This document shows, piece after piece, positions 1-7,343 of a stretch of 53,175 nucleotides of DNA. Under the pieces are notes generated by a model. The model did not search any database. It was not told the DNA's origin and saw only the letters and a list, made by a program, of their open reading frames with translations. The position numbers and the translations under genes are program-made. Source of the DNA: a virus (taxonomy: Duplodnaviria > Caudoviricetes); IMG/VR virus record IMGVR_UViG_3300025889_000163, positions 1-53,175 of that record; one strand, given 5' to 3'. Every line of letters begins with the position of its first letter. The first letter of the stretch is position 1.

Positions 1-42
1 AAGTTCCAAAGAAATCAATCAACAAACTGAAAGGAACAGGAC

Positions 43-726
43 TTGTTTAAACATGATCCGATTGACCTTGGATATGATGATTTAGTATCAGAAACCAAGC
101 AAACAGGTAGAAAATACAACACGCCTGATGGCAATGCATATCCATCAATCACAACTGTTTTATCAATACTCAGCGAAGAAGGCATCGCTGAGTGGAGAGC
201 GAGAGTAGGAGATGAAGAAGCTAACAAAATATCTGTCCGTGCTAGTAGAAGAGGTACTGCGGTTCATAGTGTGGTCGAAAAGTATTTGGATAATGATCCC
301 AATTACATGGATGGTTATACACCTGATATCTTTGATTCTTTTCGGACGATTCGCGGAGTTTTAGATGAAAGCATTGGTACAATTTATGGGCAAGAACTTC
401 CGCTCTATTCTGACCATCTACGCGTTGCTGGGCGTGTCGATTGTGTTGCTGAATTTGACGGAAAGATATCAATCATTGACTTCAAAACCAGTCGAAAAGC
501 AAAACAGCCAAAGTACATCGAGTCCTACTACTGTCAAGAAGCAGCATATGCCATTATGTGGGAAGAGCGTACCGGAATGCCTATCACCCAACTGATAACG
601 ATTGTTGCTGTAGACGATATGCATTACTCAGGACCAGGATGTCAGGTATTTGTTGAAAAAAGAGACAAATGGGTACCAAAATTAAGAGACACCATCAATA
701 AATACTACACCAGATTGGAGGCATAA
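43..726 (+). CDS. PD-(D/E)xK exonuclease (Cas4/MGME1-like, conserved in marine T4-like phages)
   Basis: YPSITTVL, RGTAVH, AGRVDCVAEFDGKISIIDFKTS and QEAAYA motifs; TTG start. Confidence 0.85.
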   Translation: MFKHDPIDLGYDDLVSETKQTGRKYNTPDGNAYPSITTVLSILSEEGIAEWRARVGDEEANKISVRASRRGTAVHSVVEKYLDNDPNYMDGYTPDIFDSFRTIRGVLDESIGTIYGQELPLYSDHLRVAGRVDCVAEFDGKISIIDFKTSRKAKQPKYIESYYCQEAAYAIMWEERTGMPITQLITIVAVDDMHYSGPGCQVFVEKRDKWVPKLRDTINKYYTRLEA

Positions 727-1304
727 TGTCCGAGATTATTCGAGCAGCAACAAAGAAATTACACGAAGATCTTGAACTTCAATCATTCAATCAGAAGATG
801 TTTCGCAGCGAGCAAACACGAGATGAGCGACAGGCATATCTCTCGGTACAATATGAAATATTCTCATGTCTTGACATACATGTACCTGCTGAGTTGCGTC
901 GTCTTCCATACATCTGTTATGATCTAGATCGATTGGGCGGCAGAATGAATGTACCACCTGCTGCTCTGGGATATGCAACTCATTTAGAGACTATTTGCGA
1001 GGACAAGCGTCCACACATTTATCTCAACTACATGGGACTGATGTTTGGTGGACAGATTATGAAGCGCAGATATCCAAACTTTCCGATGCAGATTTATGAG
1101 TTTGAAGACCTGCAAGCGGGAAAGCGATATATACGAGAAGAAGTCTGCGAGGATACAGATAATTTCATATTAGAGGTCAAATATGGATTCCGTTGGCAGA
1201 TTGAAATAGCAAAAGAATTAGGAATGTATTTTGAAGTTAAAGACAGAATTGAAGCATATCTCGATGAGAATGCACGAAATGATAAGGAACTTTCCGGAGT
1301 CTGA
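726..1304 (+). CDS. hemO: Heme oxygenase (HemO/Ho1-like)
   Basis: N-terminal ATKKLHEDLE (proximal His) and distal helix HIYLNYMGLMFGGQI; directly upstream of a bilin reductase. Confidence 0.88.
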   Translation: MSEIIRAATKKLHEDLELQSFNQKMFRSEQTRDERQAYLSVQYEIFSCLDIHVPAELRRLPYICYDLDRLGGRMNVPPAALGYATHLETICEDKRPHIYLNYMGLMFGGQIMKRRYPNFPMQIYEFEDLQAGKRYIREEVCEDTDNFILEVKYGFRWQIEIAKELGMYFEVKDRIEAYLDENARNDKELSGV

Positions 1305-1866
1305 GTTTATTCCGACCAGTGGTTACAACTGGGAGAATTATCGTTACACCTCACCAAAATTTAGACAAGCACACGTTGAGGTGTTCAATCATGACGCACT
1401 CACTGTACTGCATGTTGTTGTACTTCCACACGTAGAATATCCCACACCCATATTTGGATTTGATGTTGTAGGATCAACGAAAACGAACACTGTTTCTGGT
1501 CTATTTCTTGATTGGTCACCCACTCTGATTGATAAATCCTGGCATGACACATCACATCACGAGCAGAATAGAATACTTCCACCCTGGGCATACATATTTT
1601 CCAACTCGTTTATTGCGCAAAGACCAACAGAATATACTAATCTGCTCACCTTTGCACTCCTATCATTTGATCGATATTTGCGTGAATTAAGATCTGCAGT
1701 GCCTGTTACAAGCAAATTTGACCGACAATACATTATTGACAAGCAGGATAATTACTGCATTGAACAAGCAGCAAACCCACGAACACACGCTGCATTGACT
1801 GCTCATCTATCTTCAGCAGAGCATGCAACGCATTTTATGTCAAATATACTATTTCCGAGACCATGA
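1231..1866 (+). CDS. Ferredoxin-dependent bilin reductase (PcyA/PcyX family)
   Basis: FRQAHVE...VLHVVVLP...PIFGFDVV...FLDWSP and QAANPRT match the FDBR core; His61-Asp78 spacing equals PcyA His88-Asp105; start uncertain (overlaps hemO). Confidence 0.87.
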   Translation: MKLKTELKHISMRMHEMIRNFPESEFIPTSGYNWENYRYTSPKFRQAHVEVFNHDALTVLHVVVLPHVEYPTPIFGFDVVGSTKTNTVSGLFLDWSPTLIDKSWHDTSHHEQNRILPPWAYIFSNSFIAQRPTEYTNLLTFALLSFDRYLRELRSAVPVTSKFDRQYIIDKQDNYCIEQAANPRTHAALTAHLSSAEHATHFMSNILFPRP

Positions 1867-2471
1867 TATCACTAAATTCACCGAGACCATACGATAATCT
1901 CTACTTCAAACGTCTGACTGTAGATCCCACAATCCTCTCTGACGCGCAATCTTACTGGGAACCGTACTTACCTCTCCCCACACCTGCACTTATTCGATCA
2001 ACACGCATTGCTCCTATTCCTATTCCTTCACTCGTAAACTACCTAGAAACTCATTGCATTGAAATATCACACTATGGTCTATTCTCATTTGGTAATAACT
2101 GGACTACACATTCAGTTCCTCTCGCACACATAGACCACAAACTTGCTAATCTATCTCTTGTACTGCCAATTTCTAATTGTAATTCCTCAACACCAACGAA
2201 TCTGTATTCCTTCACTACAGAACACCAAGTCTCTGCACCATTAAATGCATCACTAAACAAAATAGCAGACAATCCCATTCTATTTGATGCATCTAAACTA
2301 ACACTACATTCTTCCTATATTCTAGACACAATGTATCTGCTTAATATATCCCAAATACATAGAGTGGAGAACTATACGAATGAACCTACAGTGAGAATGG
2401 TACTAAGACTAGCAACTAAGAATAATATAGAATGGTCTGAAGACTGGAGTGTATGGGATCGATTATCGTAA
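1863..2471 (+). CDS. Putative 2OG-Fe(II)/cupin-fold oxygenase
   Basis: AHID ... LLNISQIHRVEN ... RMVLRL pattern (HxD...H...R); ATGA-coupled to the bilin reductase. Confidence 0.55.
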   Translation: MISLNSPRPYDNLYFKRLTVDPTILSDAQSYWEPYLPLPTPALIRSTRIAPIPIPSLVNYLETHCIEISHYGLFSFGNNWTTHSVPLAHIDHKLANLSLVLPISNCNSSTPTNLYSFTTEHQVSAPLNASLNKIADNPILFDASKLTLHSSYILDTMYLLNISQIHRVENYTNEPTVRMVLRLATKNNIEWSEDWSVWDRLS

Positions 2472-2527
2472 AGCGATATATCGTACAGTAATTTACAGTA
2501 AAATTTTAAATAGGAGCGAGAGAGAGA

Positions 2528-2935
2528 ATGAAAAGATATGCATGGATGGCAGGTGGTTGGATTTGTCTCGTATTTGCGTGGATTGGCGTGGTGACACCTG
2601 GCATTCCCTTTAGTCATTTCGTACTCGGAGCAGCATTTTGTTTCGCTAAATCTTCACCTCGTATGCACAATTATCTGATGAATCACCGTGTGTTTGGTCC
2701 GTTTATCACCAATTGGAATCAGAAGCGTGTCTTTCCTACTAGGGCAAAGTATCTAATGGCAATCATGATGTTATCATCACTGATTATAATGTACTTCACT
2801 GTGCCTATTAAGGGAGTAATCTATACTGGAATCACCATGGTGCTCGTATGTATTTGGGGATGGAGATATCCTGGATCACCTGAGGAATATGATCGAAGAG
2901 TGGCCAATGGAGAGCGTATCGCATGGATCAAGTAA
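2528..2935 (+). CDS. ybaN: YbaN/DUF454 family inner-membrane protein
   Basis: GVVTPGIPFSHFVLGAAFCFAKSSPRMHNYLMNHRVFGPFITNW...PTRAK family signature; AGGAG upstream. Confidence 0.88.
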   Translation: MKRYAWMAGGWICLVFAWIGVVTPGIPFSHFVLGAAFCFAKSSPRMHNYLMNHRVFGPFITNWNQKRVFPTRAKYLMAIMMLSSLIIMYFTVPIKGVIYTGITMVLVCIWGWRYPGSPEEYDRRVANGERIAWIK

Positions 2936-3246
2936 CTCGACCAATTGTATCATTCGTCATGTTATTCATATTTGGATTAGCATGGTTCCCCGCACGATTG
3001 GTATCTAATAAGAACAACTGTTGGTTTTGGTCATTTGAGCAGCGTATTCGTCATGGTGGGCATTTGAAATTTTATCCCAGTAAGACATGGCATGGGTATC
3101 ATATAACCTGGGTGGATGATCATGGCACTGAGTGGGAGTATCGTTTGACAGCATTAGATGATCCCTCATGGAGATCCCCTTGGTGGTACATCCCACTGTT
3201 CTTTGATGGGCGAGTACAGAAAAAGGTAAGCAAATCAAAGACTTAG
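2923..3246 (+). CDS. Hypothetical protein with N-terminal hydrophobic segment
   Basis: 107-aa ORF, GGAG RBS, overlaps the ybaN end; Trp-rich. Confidence 0.6.
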   Translation: MDQVTRPIVSFVMLFIFGLAWFPARLVSNKNNCWFWSFEQRIRHGGHLKFYPSKTWHGYHITWVDDHGTEWEYRLTALDDPSWRSPWWYIPLFFDGRVQKKVSKSKT

Positions 3247-3281
3247 CATAGATTTTCTTTTCCCTCACTGTATGGTATAAT
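3233..3281 (+). promoter_or_regulatory. Early promoter P1: IHF box plus extended -10
   Basis: AATCAAAGACTTA (WATCAANNNNTTR) at 3233-3245; TGGTATAAT with -10 at 3276-3281. Confidence 0.8.
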
Positions 3282-3308
3282 AGCATCATGATTAAGGAGA
3301 AAAGAGAT

Positions 3309-3587
3309 ATGTTAAGAAACGGTGATCTGATCAAAGCATATGAGTTCGAACCAATTCCTGGTCGTGACGATAAGTATGTCATAGGTGCCATTGATCGTAT
3401 CGAAGAATTTGCCTATGTCATCAAAGGCGAAACTATCATCAAGGATACGGCATTCGATACTGCTCGTATGAAAGAGGGTGTTGAGATTCGTGTTCCCTTC
3501 CGTACCATGTTTGATTACGAAGGTCGTGTGACTGCACTCAGTGAGGATCACGTGTTCACTGAAGCATATTATGAAGAGTTTGCATAA
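3309..3587 (+). CDS. Hypothetical early protein
   Basis: ATG at 3309 after TAAGGAGA RBS, downstream of P1; in frame with track ORF 3288..3587. Confidence 0.75.
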   Translation: MLRNGDLIKAYEFEPIPGRDDKYVIGAIDRIEEFAYVIKGETIIKDTAFDTARMKEGVEIRVPFRTMFDYEGRVTALSEDHVFTEAYYEEFA

Positions 3588-3606
3588 CATAACATAACTC
3601 CTGTTG

Positions 3607-3646
3607 CCCCCATGACGCTTCCGTATGCGTCCTCTGGGGGTTTTTT
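3607..3646 (+). terminator. Rho-independent terminator
   Basis: CCCCC..GACGC / GCGTC..GGGGG stem followed by T6. Confidence 0.75.
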
Positions 3647-3651
3647 AATGC

Positions 3652-3781
3652 TATGGTATGGTAATGGAGGGACCCGATTATAATTGAAGTAGGAGTCCCG
3701 TTTCCTCGAGCTTTACTTAGAGTCCCGTTCCCCCTTTTCTACAATCCCACACCATAATTCACTGGGGGGACCCGAATATAA
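3652..3781. repeat. Non-coding element with direct and inverted GGGACYC repeats
   Basis: GGGACCCGAWTATAA at 3669 and 3767; GAGTCCCGTT at 3693 and 3720; TATGGTATGG (3652) nearly complementary to CCACACCATA (3747). Confidence 0.7.
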
Positions 3782-3799
3782 AAATTTTTTTTCCTGCAA

Positions 3800-3848
3800 A
3801 AACAAGCACTTGTACGAGATTTTATTTGTCCCCACTGTATGGTATAAT
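3800..3848 (+). promoter_or_regulatory. Early promoter P2: IHF-like box plus extended -10
   Basis: AAACAAGCACTTG at 3800-3812 (1 mismatch); CACTGTATGGTATAAT identical to P1, -10 at 3843-3848. Confidence 0.8.
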
Positions 3849-3874
3849 ATCAGCACATGAATGGAGAGTATATA

Positions 3875-4033
3875 ATGGATTTCGAAAAAGGTTATAATGA
3901 TGCTAAGTTGGACCTATCTGAAGGTTGGGTTGAAACCACTGATCCTGTTAGGGTGCGTGCTATATTAATTGGAATGATGAACCCTTCTGAGTCCTATATT
4001 GAAGGTTATCTAAAAGGTCTGGAAAATCAATAA
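3875..4033 (+). CDS. Small hypothetical early protein (52 aa), not in the ORF track
   Basis: GGAGAG RBS; MDFEKGYNDAKLDLSEGW...SESYIEGYLKGLENQ; resembles 4286..4465. Confidence 0.75.
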   Translation: MDFEKGYNDAKLDLSEGWVETTDPVRVRAILIGMMNPSESYIEGYLKGLENQ

Positions 4034-4073
4034 GTTAGGGTAGGTTTCTTTTTCAGTGTGTGTATGGTATAAT
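4025..4073 (+). promoter_or_regulatory. Early promoter P3: IHF box plus extended -10
   Basis: AATCAATAAGTTA at 4025-4037; TGTATGGTATAAT with -10 at 4068-4073. Confidence 0.8.
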
Positions 4074-4101
4074 AACAGCATAAATCATAGAGAGTTAAAT
4101 A

Positions 4102-4284
4102 GTGAAAAAAGCAAGTACTGAGATTGAAAAGCAAGTGGCAGAATTCTTGGCAAAAGGTGGTAAGGTAACAGTGGTAGCACCCAAGAAGTTACGCAGAATT
4201 GGATTCACCGCACAGGGTGGTTCACCTAAGAGAAGAATCGAAGACCGCTGGAATCAGGGTTTTGATGGTAAAGCAATCAACTAA
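4102..4284 (+). CDS. Small basic hypothetical early protein
   Basis: GTG start after GAGAG; VAEFLAKGGKVT motif typical of small phage proteins. Confidence 0.7.
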   Translation: MKKASTEIEKQVAEFLAKGGKVTVVAPKKLRRIGFTAQGGSPKRRIEDRWNQGFDGKAIN

Positions 4285-4285
4285 T

Positions 4286-4465
4286 ATGGACGTTGGATAT
4301 TACCAAGCAAAGAAAGACTTTGATTCAGGCAAATGGGATCTATCCATGTCTAATGAAGAGATTCTGAGTTTGCTTGGTGGTAATGTCTCAGAAGAATTCT
4401 TGGAAGCATATCGTACTGGCATTGAGCGTGTGAGGAATTTGGATTATTATCTGGGAATTCAATAA
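4286..4465 (+). CDS. Small hypothetical early protein (59 aa)
   Basis: ATG 1 nt after the upstream stop, in frame with track ORF 4199..4465; resembles 3875..4033. Confidence 0.7.
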   Translation: MDVGYYQAKKDFDSGKWDLSMSNEEILSLLGGNVSEEFLEAYRTGIERVRNLDYYLGIQ

Positions 4466-4505
4466 CTTACGATAGATTGCTTTTTCGTTAGAATTCAGTT
4501 AGAAT
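4457..4505 (+). promoter_or_regulatory. Early promoter P4: IHF-like box, TTGCTT -35, TAGAAT -10
   Basis: ATTCAATAACTTA at 4457-4469; TAGAAT at 4500-4505; same spacing as P1-P3. Confidence 0.75.
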
Positions 4506-4534
4506 AAAGGCATAGAAGTTAAGGAGAGTGATAT

Positions 4535-4696
4535 ATGCAGTATTCAAGGAATCAAGTTGGTGGGGTTTATAAGCGTCCGGCGACGCTGCGCGGCGAAAGC
4601 GATGAACTCATGGCAATCATTGGTGGTGCAGTGGGTTTGCTAGGAATCTTCTTGTTCATGGCAGCGTTGGCAATCTTACCATGGTGGGTACTATGA
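4535..4696 (+). CDS. Small membrane protein (53 aa), not in the ORF track
   Basis: TAAGGAGAG RBS; C-terminal hydrophobic helix MAIIGGAVGLLGIFLFMAALAILPWWVL; ATGA overlap with the next gene. Confidence 0.75.
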   Translation: MQYSRNQVGGVYKRPATLRGESDELMAIIGGAVGLLGIFLFMAALAILPWWVL

Positions 4697-4932
4697 AGGA
4701 GAAAGAACTTAGGAGGTTGATGATTCGTTATCTCGATTTTCTCCTATTGGAAGAGCATACTTTGATGAAAAGCACGCTTGATAAGTACAAGTTCAGATTA
4801 GAACTTGGCGAAAAATTAACGTCCAAAGAGTTCACAGTACTCGTCAAGTTTTTGGATCGTGATAGTCAAATGACCAAGCGTGAACTTCGCAAGTATTTTG
4901 ATCTCATTATCGAGAAGAAAGAGGTAGCATAA
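4693..4932 (+). CDS. Hypothetical protein
   Basis: Translationally coupled on both sides (ATGA, TAATG). Confidence 0.7.
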   Translation: MKEKELRRLMIRYLDFLLLEEHTLMKSTLDKYKFRLELGEKLTSKEFTVLVKFLDRDSQMTKRELRKYFDLIIEKKEVA

Positions 4933-5369
4933 TGCAAATCACCAACGAAACTCACACGATGCACATCGTGAATCATCTTAAAGATACATGTGCGAATCAT
5001 GACTGGTACTTTCAGATGGCGAATGGCGATGCCTATTATGCAGGTCTTCGTGTTGCTAGCGAGATCAACTACCTCAAGAATGTATTAATTGCACGTGGGT
5101 ATAAGCAGCAAGTAGAGACTTTGATTGCTAACTATCGTCCTAAGATGCCTGTTCTTGAAGAGTTGTTGAAACCTGTTCCCAGAACGATGCCTAATCCTAA
5201 GTCTTATCCCCGAGCGGAACTGAACATTCTGTGTGATTGGAGACTGCATGATTATTCTGAGGATAGTTCTTTCGTGAATCGTTTAATGGAACTTGGATAT
5301 TCTGAAGAACGTGCTGTCGAATTGATGGCAGAGTATGAAGTTGATTACGAAGCATGGAGGAAAGGTTAA
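4932..5369 (+). CDS. Hypothetical protein
   Basis: GAGG RBS; NHDWYFQM..GDAY..G motif seen in small phage proteins. Confidence 0.7.
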   Translation: MQITNETHTMHIVNHLKDTCANHDWYFQMANGDAYYAGLRVASEINYLKNVLIARGYKQQVETLIANYRPKMPVLEELLKPVPRTMPNPKSYPRAELNILCDWRLHDYSEDSSFVNRLMELGYSEERAVELMAEYEVDYEAWRKG

Positions 5370-5533
5370 TGGAAGATATGTACTACGAAGAGATTCGTTT
5401 GTCTCGTTCGTTTGCTCGTGAGTTTGAGAAGTATCGATGGTCTTTTACCAGCGAAACTTATCGTGATCTCGTTGCTGCGTACAATGAATTGAAACGTCAT
5501 TACGAGATTGAAATCGAAGAAGGAGTTCAGTAA
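5369..5533 (+). CDS. Small hypothetical protein (54 aa), not in the ORF track
   Basis: TAATG overlap, GGAGG upstream; MEDMYYEEIRLSRSFAREFE...EIEEGVQ. Confidence 0.7.
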   Translation: MEDMYYEEIRLSRSFAREFEKYRWSFTSETYRDLVAAYNELKRHYEIEIEEGVQ

Positions 5534-5546
5534 TTCAGTTTGGTAA

Positions 5547-5629
5547 GACGATCTATATACTCTCTCCTTAACAAATTAGGATCGTCAGATACAGCGCGGG
5601 GAGTTTCTAGTAGGTGGGGCGACTGTATC
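5547..5629 (+). ncRNA. Putative two-hairpin small RNA with an anti-Shine-Dalgarno loop
   Basis: GACGATCT/GGATCGTC stem enclosing TATACTCTCTCCTTAAC; second stem GATACAG-CGC/GCG-A-CTGTATC; directly upstream of the tRNAs. Confidence 0.55.
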
Positions 5630-5634
5630 AACTT

Positions 5635-5720
5635 GGAGGTGTAGGAAAATTGGTAACCCCATCGGACTGTAAATCCGACGCCGAATGGCATTGTTAGTTC
5701 AAGTCTAACCGCCTCCACCA
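5635..5720 (+). tRNA. tRNA-Tyr(GTA)
   Basis: Acceptor GGAGGTG/CGCCTCC, anticodon arm TCGGA-CTGTAAA-TCCGA, long variable arm, TTCAAGT T-loop, encoded CCA. Confidence 0.95.
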
Positions 5721-5724
5721 ATTT

Positions 5725-5801
5725 CGGGGCATAGCGCAGTCTGGTAGCGCATCTGCTTTGGGAGCAGAGGGTCGGGAGTTCGAATCTCTCTGCCCCGACC
5801 A
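5725..5801 (+). tRNA. tRNA-Pro(TGG)
   Basis: CGGGGCA/TGCCCCG acceptor, TCTGC-TTTGGGA-GCAGA anticodon arm, GTTCGAATC, encoded CCA. Confidence 0.97.
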
Positions 5802-5815
5802 ACTTCGGAGATTGT

Positions 5816-6481
5816 ATGAAAGTAGCAGTTTTATTAGCAGGACATCATTATCAAATTACCAAAGTCATTGGTAAGGGTCTGCGAGAAAAAAACATTCGAA
5901 TATCGTCTCGTAATGGAACGCATTTTGATACTGGAAATTTACACGATAAAATTCCTCACGACGCTGATATTTACCTTTCAACTCACCCTTCTCCCGTATT
6001 GCCTGAGTACATAAATCGATTTCATTCTGTTGTTGGAACAGTTGTGGTTCCTGATGACGTTAGTCAAAGAGGTACAATTGCTGCAGGATTGCGGCAAATA
6101 GACCCAGAAAAATATGATGTAATTGTTGTCACTCGTCCTGATCTATGGGTAGAGTGTGATTGGCCAGAAATAAACGAAACGGATGTCACATTCTTACATT
6201 GGGAACTTGCAGACGGCGTAAGAGAAATGTGGTTTAAGAAGAAAACTATACGTGGGGTTGCTGATATTTTTTGGTCTTTCCCAACTAAATATCATTCGAA
6301 GATCATGAAACATCTTGAGAAAACCTCTCCGGAAGAAATGCAACCACAATATTTGCATCATCTCCCTGTACAGTTACCAGATCTTCCATACAATGCTTAT
6401 TATGATGAGTTTGCTCCTTCGGGTACAAAATATATGATCATAATAAGACTCAAGGCAGTCAGCATATTACAGTGGTCATAA
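5816..6481 (+). CDS. Hypothetical protein, possible nucleotide-sugar transferase-like fold
   Basis: MKVAVLLAGH start and YDVIVVTRPDL motif seen in viral glycan-related proteins; GGAG RBS. Confidence 0.45.
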   Translation: MKVAVLLAGHHYQITKVIGKGLREKNIRISSRNGTHFDTGNLHDKIPHDADIYLSTHPSPVLPEYINRFHSVVGTVVVPDDVSQRGTIAAGLRQIDPEKYDVIVVTRPDLWVECDWPEINETDVTFLHWELADGVREMWFKKKTIRGVADIFWSFPTKYHSKIMKHLEKTSPEEMQPQYLHHLPVQLPDLPYNAYYDEFAPSGTKYMIIIRLKAVSILQWS

Positions 6482-7221
6482 CTATGTCATTAGAAAAAAT
6501 CTATTTAAACGATGTTGTACTTGGTAAATCCAACAAATGGTCTCCCTATTTTTCGGCATACCAGAAACATCTGGAGAAATATCTTAATCGCGACTGGGTG
6601 ACTGTTTTAGAAATTGGAGTCCAAGGAGGTGGGAGTCTAGAACTTTGGAAAAAATATTTTGGTAAAAACAGTACAATAATTGGATTAGACATTTTTAAGC
6701 ATGAACTTGTAGATAAAGTAGAGCAGTTAGGTGGAATTGATTTTTTTATTGGTCGTCAACAAAATACAGAAGACCTGGACAAAATCCTTGACAAATATCC
6801 TGAAATTGATATTGTTATTGATGATGGATCCCATATATCATACCAACAAAAAATAACATTTGATTATTTGTTCCCAAAAATAAAAGATACCGCAACATAT
6901 ATTGTTGAAGATCTTCATACTTCTTTTTGGCCAGATCATAATGGACATACTGAGAAAGGAAACGAAGAACACAGTTTCTTTAATTATGCTTTAAGTTTAA
7001 CTAAAGAAATGCAAAGATTGAAAAACAAAAAATTGTGGAATTTTCACATGACTCGTCTTTCAGACAAACAATTGGAACAAGATTTCTACAATGATGCAAT
7101 AGAGAGACCAAATTATTGGCAAAGTAATCTTGACAGCATTTCTTTTTATGAAAGTATGATCGCCTTTGAAAAGAAACCAAGGTCTATGATTTTAAATATG
7201 ATGATAGGACACATGAGATGA
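6472..7221 (+). CDS. Class I SAM-dependent (sugar O-)methyltransferase
   Basis: VLEIGVQGGGSLELWKKYF, IDIVIDDGSH, YIVEDLHTS; start may be ATG 6484. Confidence 0.85.
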   Translation: MVITMSLEKIYLNDVVLGKSNKWSPYFSAYQKHLEKYLNRDWVTVLEIGVQGGGSLELWKKYFGKNSTIIGLDIFKHELVDKVEQLGGIDFFIGRQQNTEDLDKILDKYPEIDIVIDDGSHISYQQKITFDYLFPKIKDTATYIVEDLHTSFWPDHNGHTEKGNEEHSFFNYALSLTKEMQRLKNKKLWNFHMTRLSDKQLEQDFYNDAIERPNYWQSNLDSISFYESMIAFEKKPRSMILNMMIGHMR

Positions 7222-7343
7222 TAGAAATTCTAGGGGTTTCTTTCTTTCTACTTGTAGGCATCTGTGGTTGCATATATGGTCTAAATCCATCGGATAAATA
7301 TACGCTGTACAAACAGTCCGATGGAGAAAATGACGATGTATGA
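7218..7343 (+). CDS. Small membrane peptide (41 aa), not in the ORF track
   Basis: ATGA overlap with the methyltransferase; MIEILGVSFFLLVGICGCIYGLNP... Confidence 0.4.
   Translation: MIEILGVSFFLLVGICGCIYGLNPSDKYTLYKQSDGENDDV

Noticed and set aside
43-726. CRISPR-associated Cas4
   Set aside because: Lacks the Fe-S cysteine cluster and has no cas neighbours; it is the standalone phage exonuclease.
726-1866. Cyanophage identity inferred from the bilin genes
   Set aside because: No psbA, hli, petF or cpeT in the window, and strong SD motifs and IHF boxes argue for another host. This cannot be excluded without the rest of the genome.
5547-5634. Degenerate tRNA or tRNA-associated HDV-like ribozyme
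   Set aside because: No cloverleaf or T-loop, no HDV double-pseudoknot core that I can trace, and it lies 5' rather than 3' of the tRNA.
5527-5802. 91-aa minus-strand ORF
   Set aside because: It is the antisense reading of the two tRNA genes.
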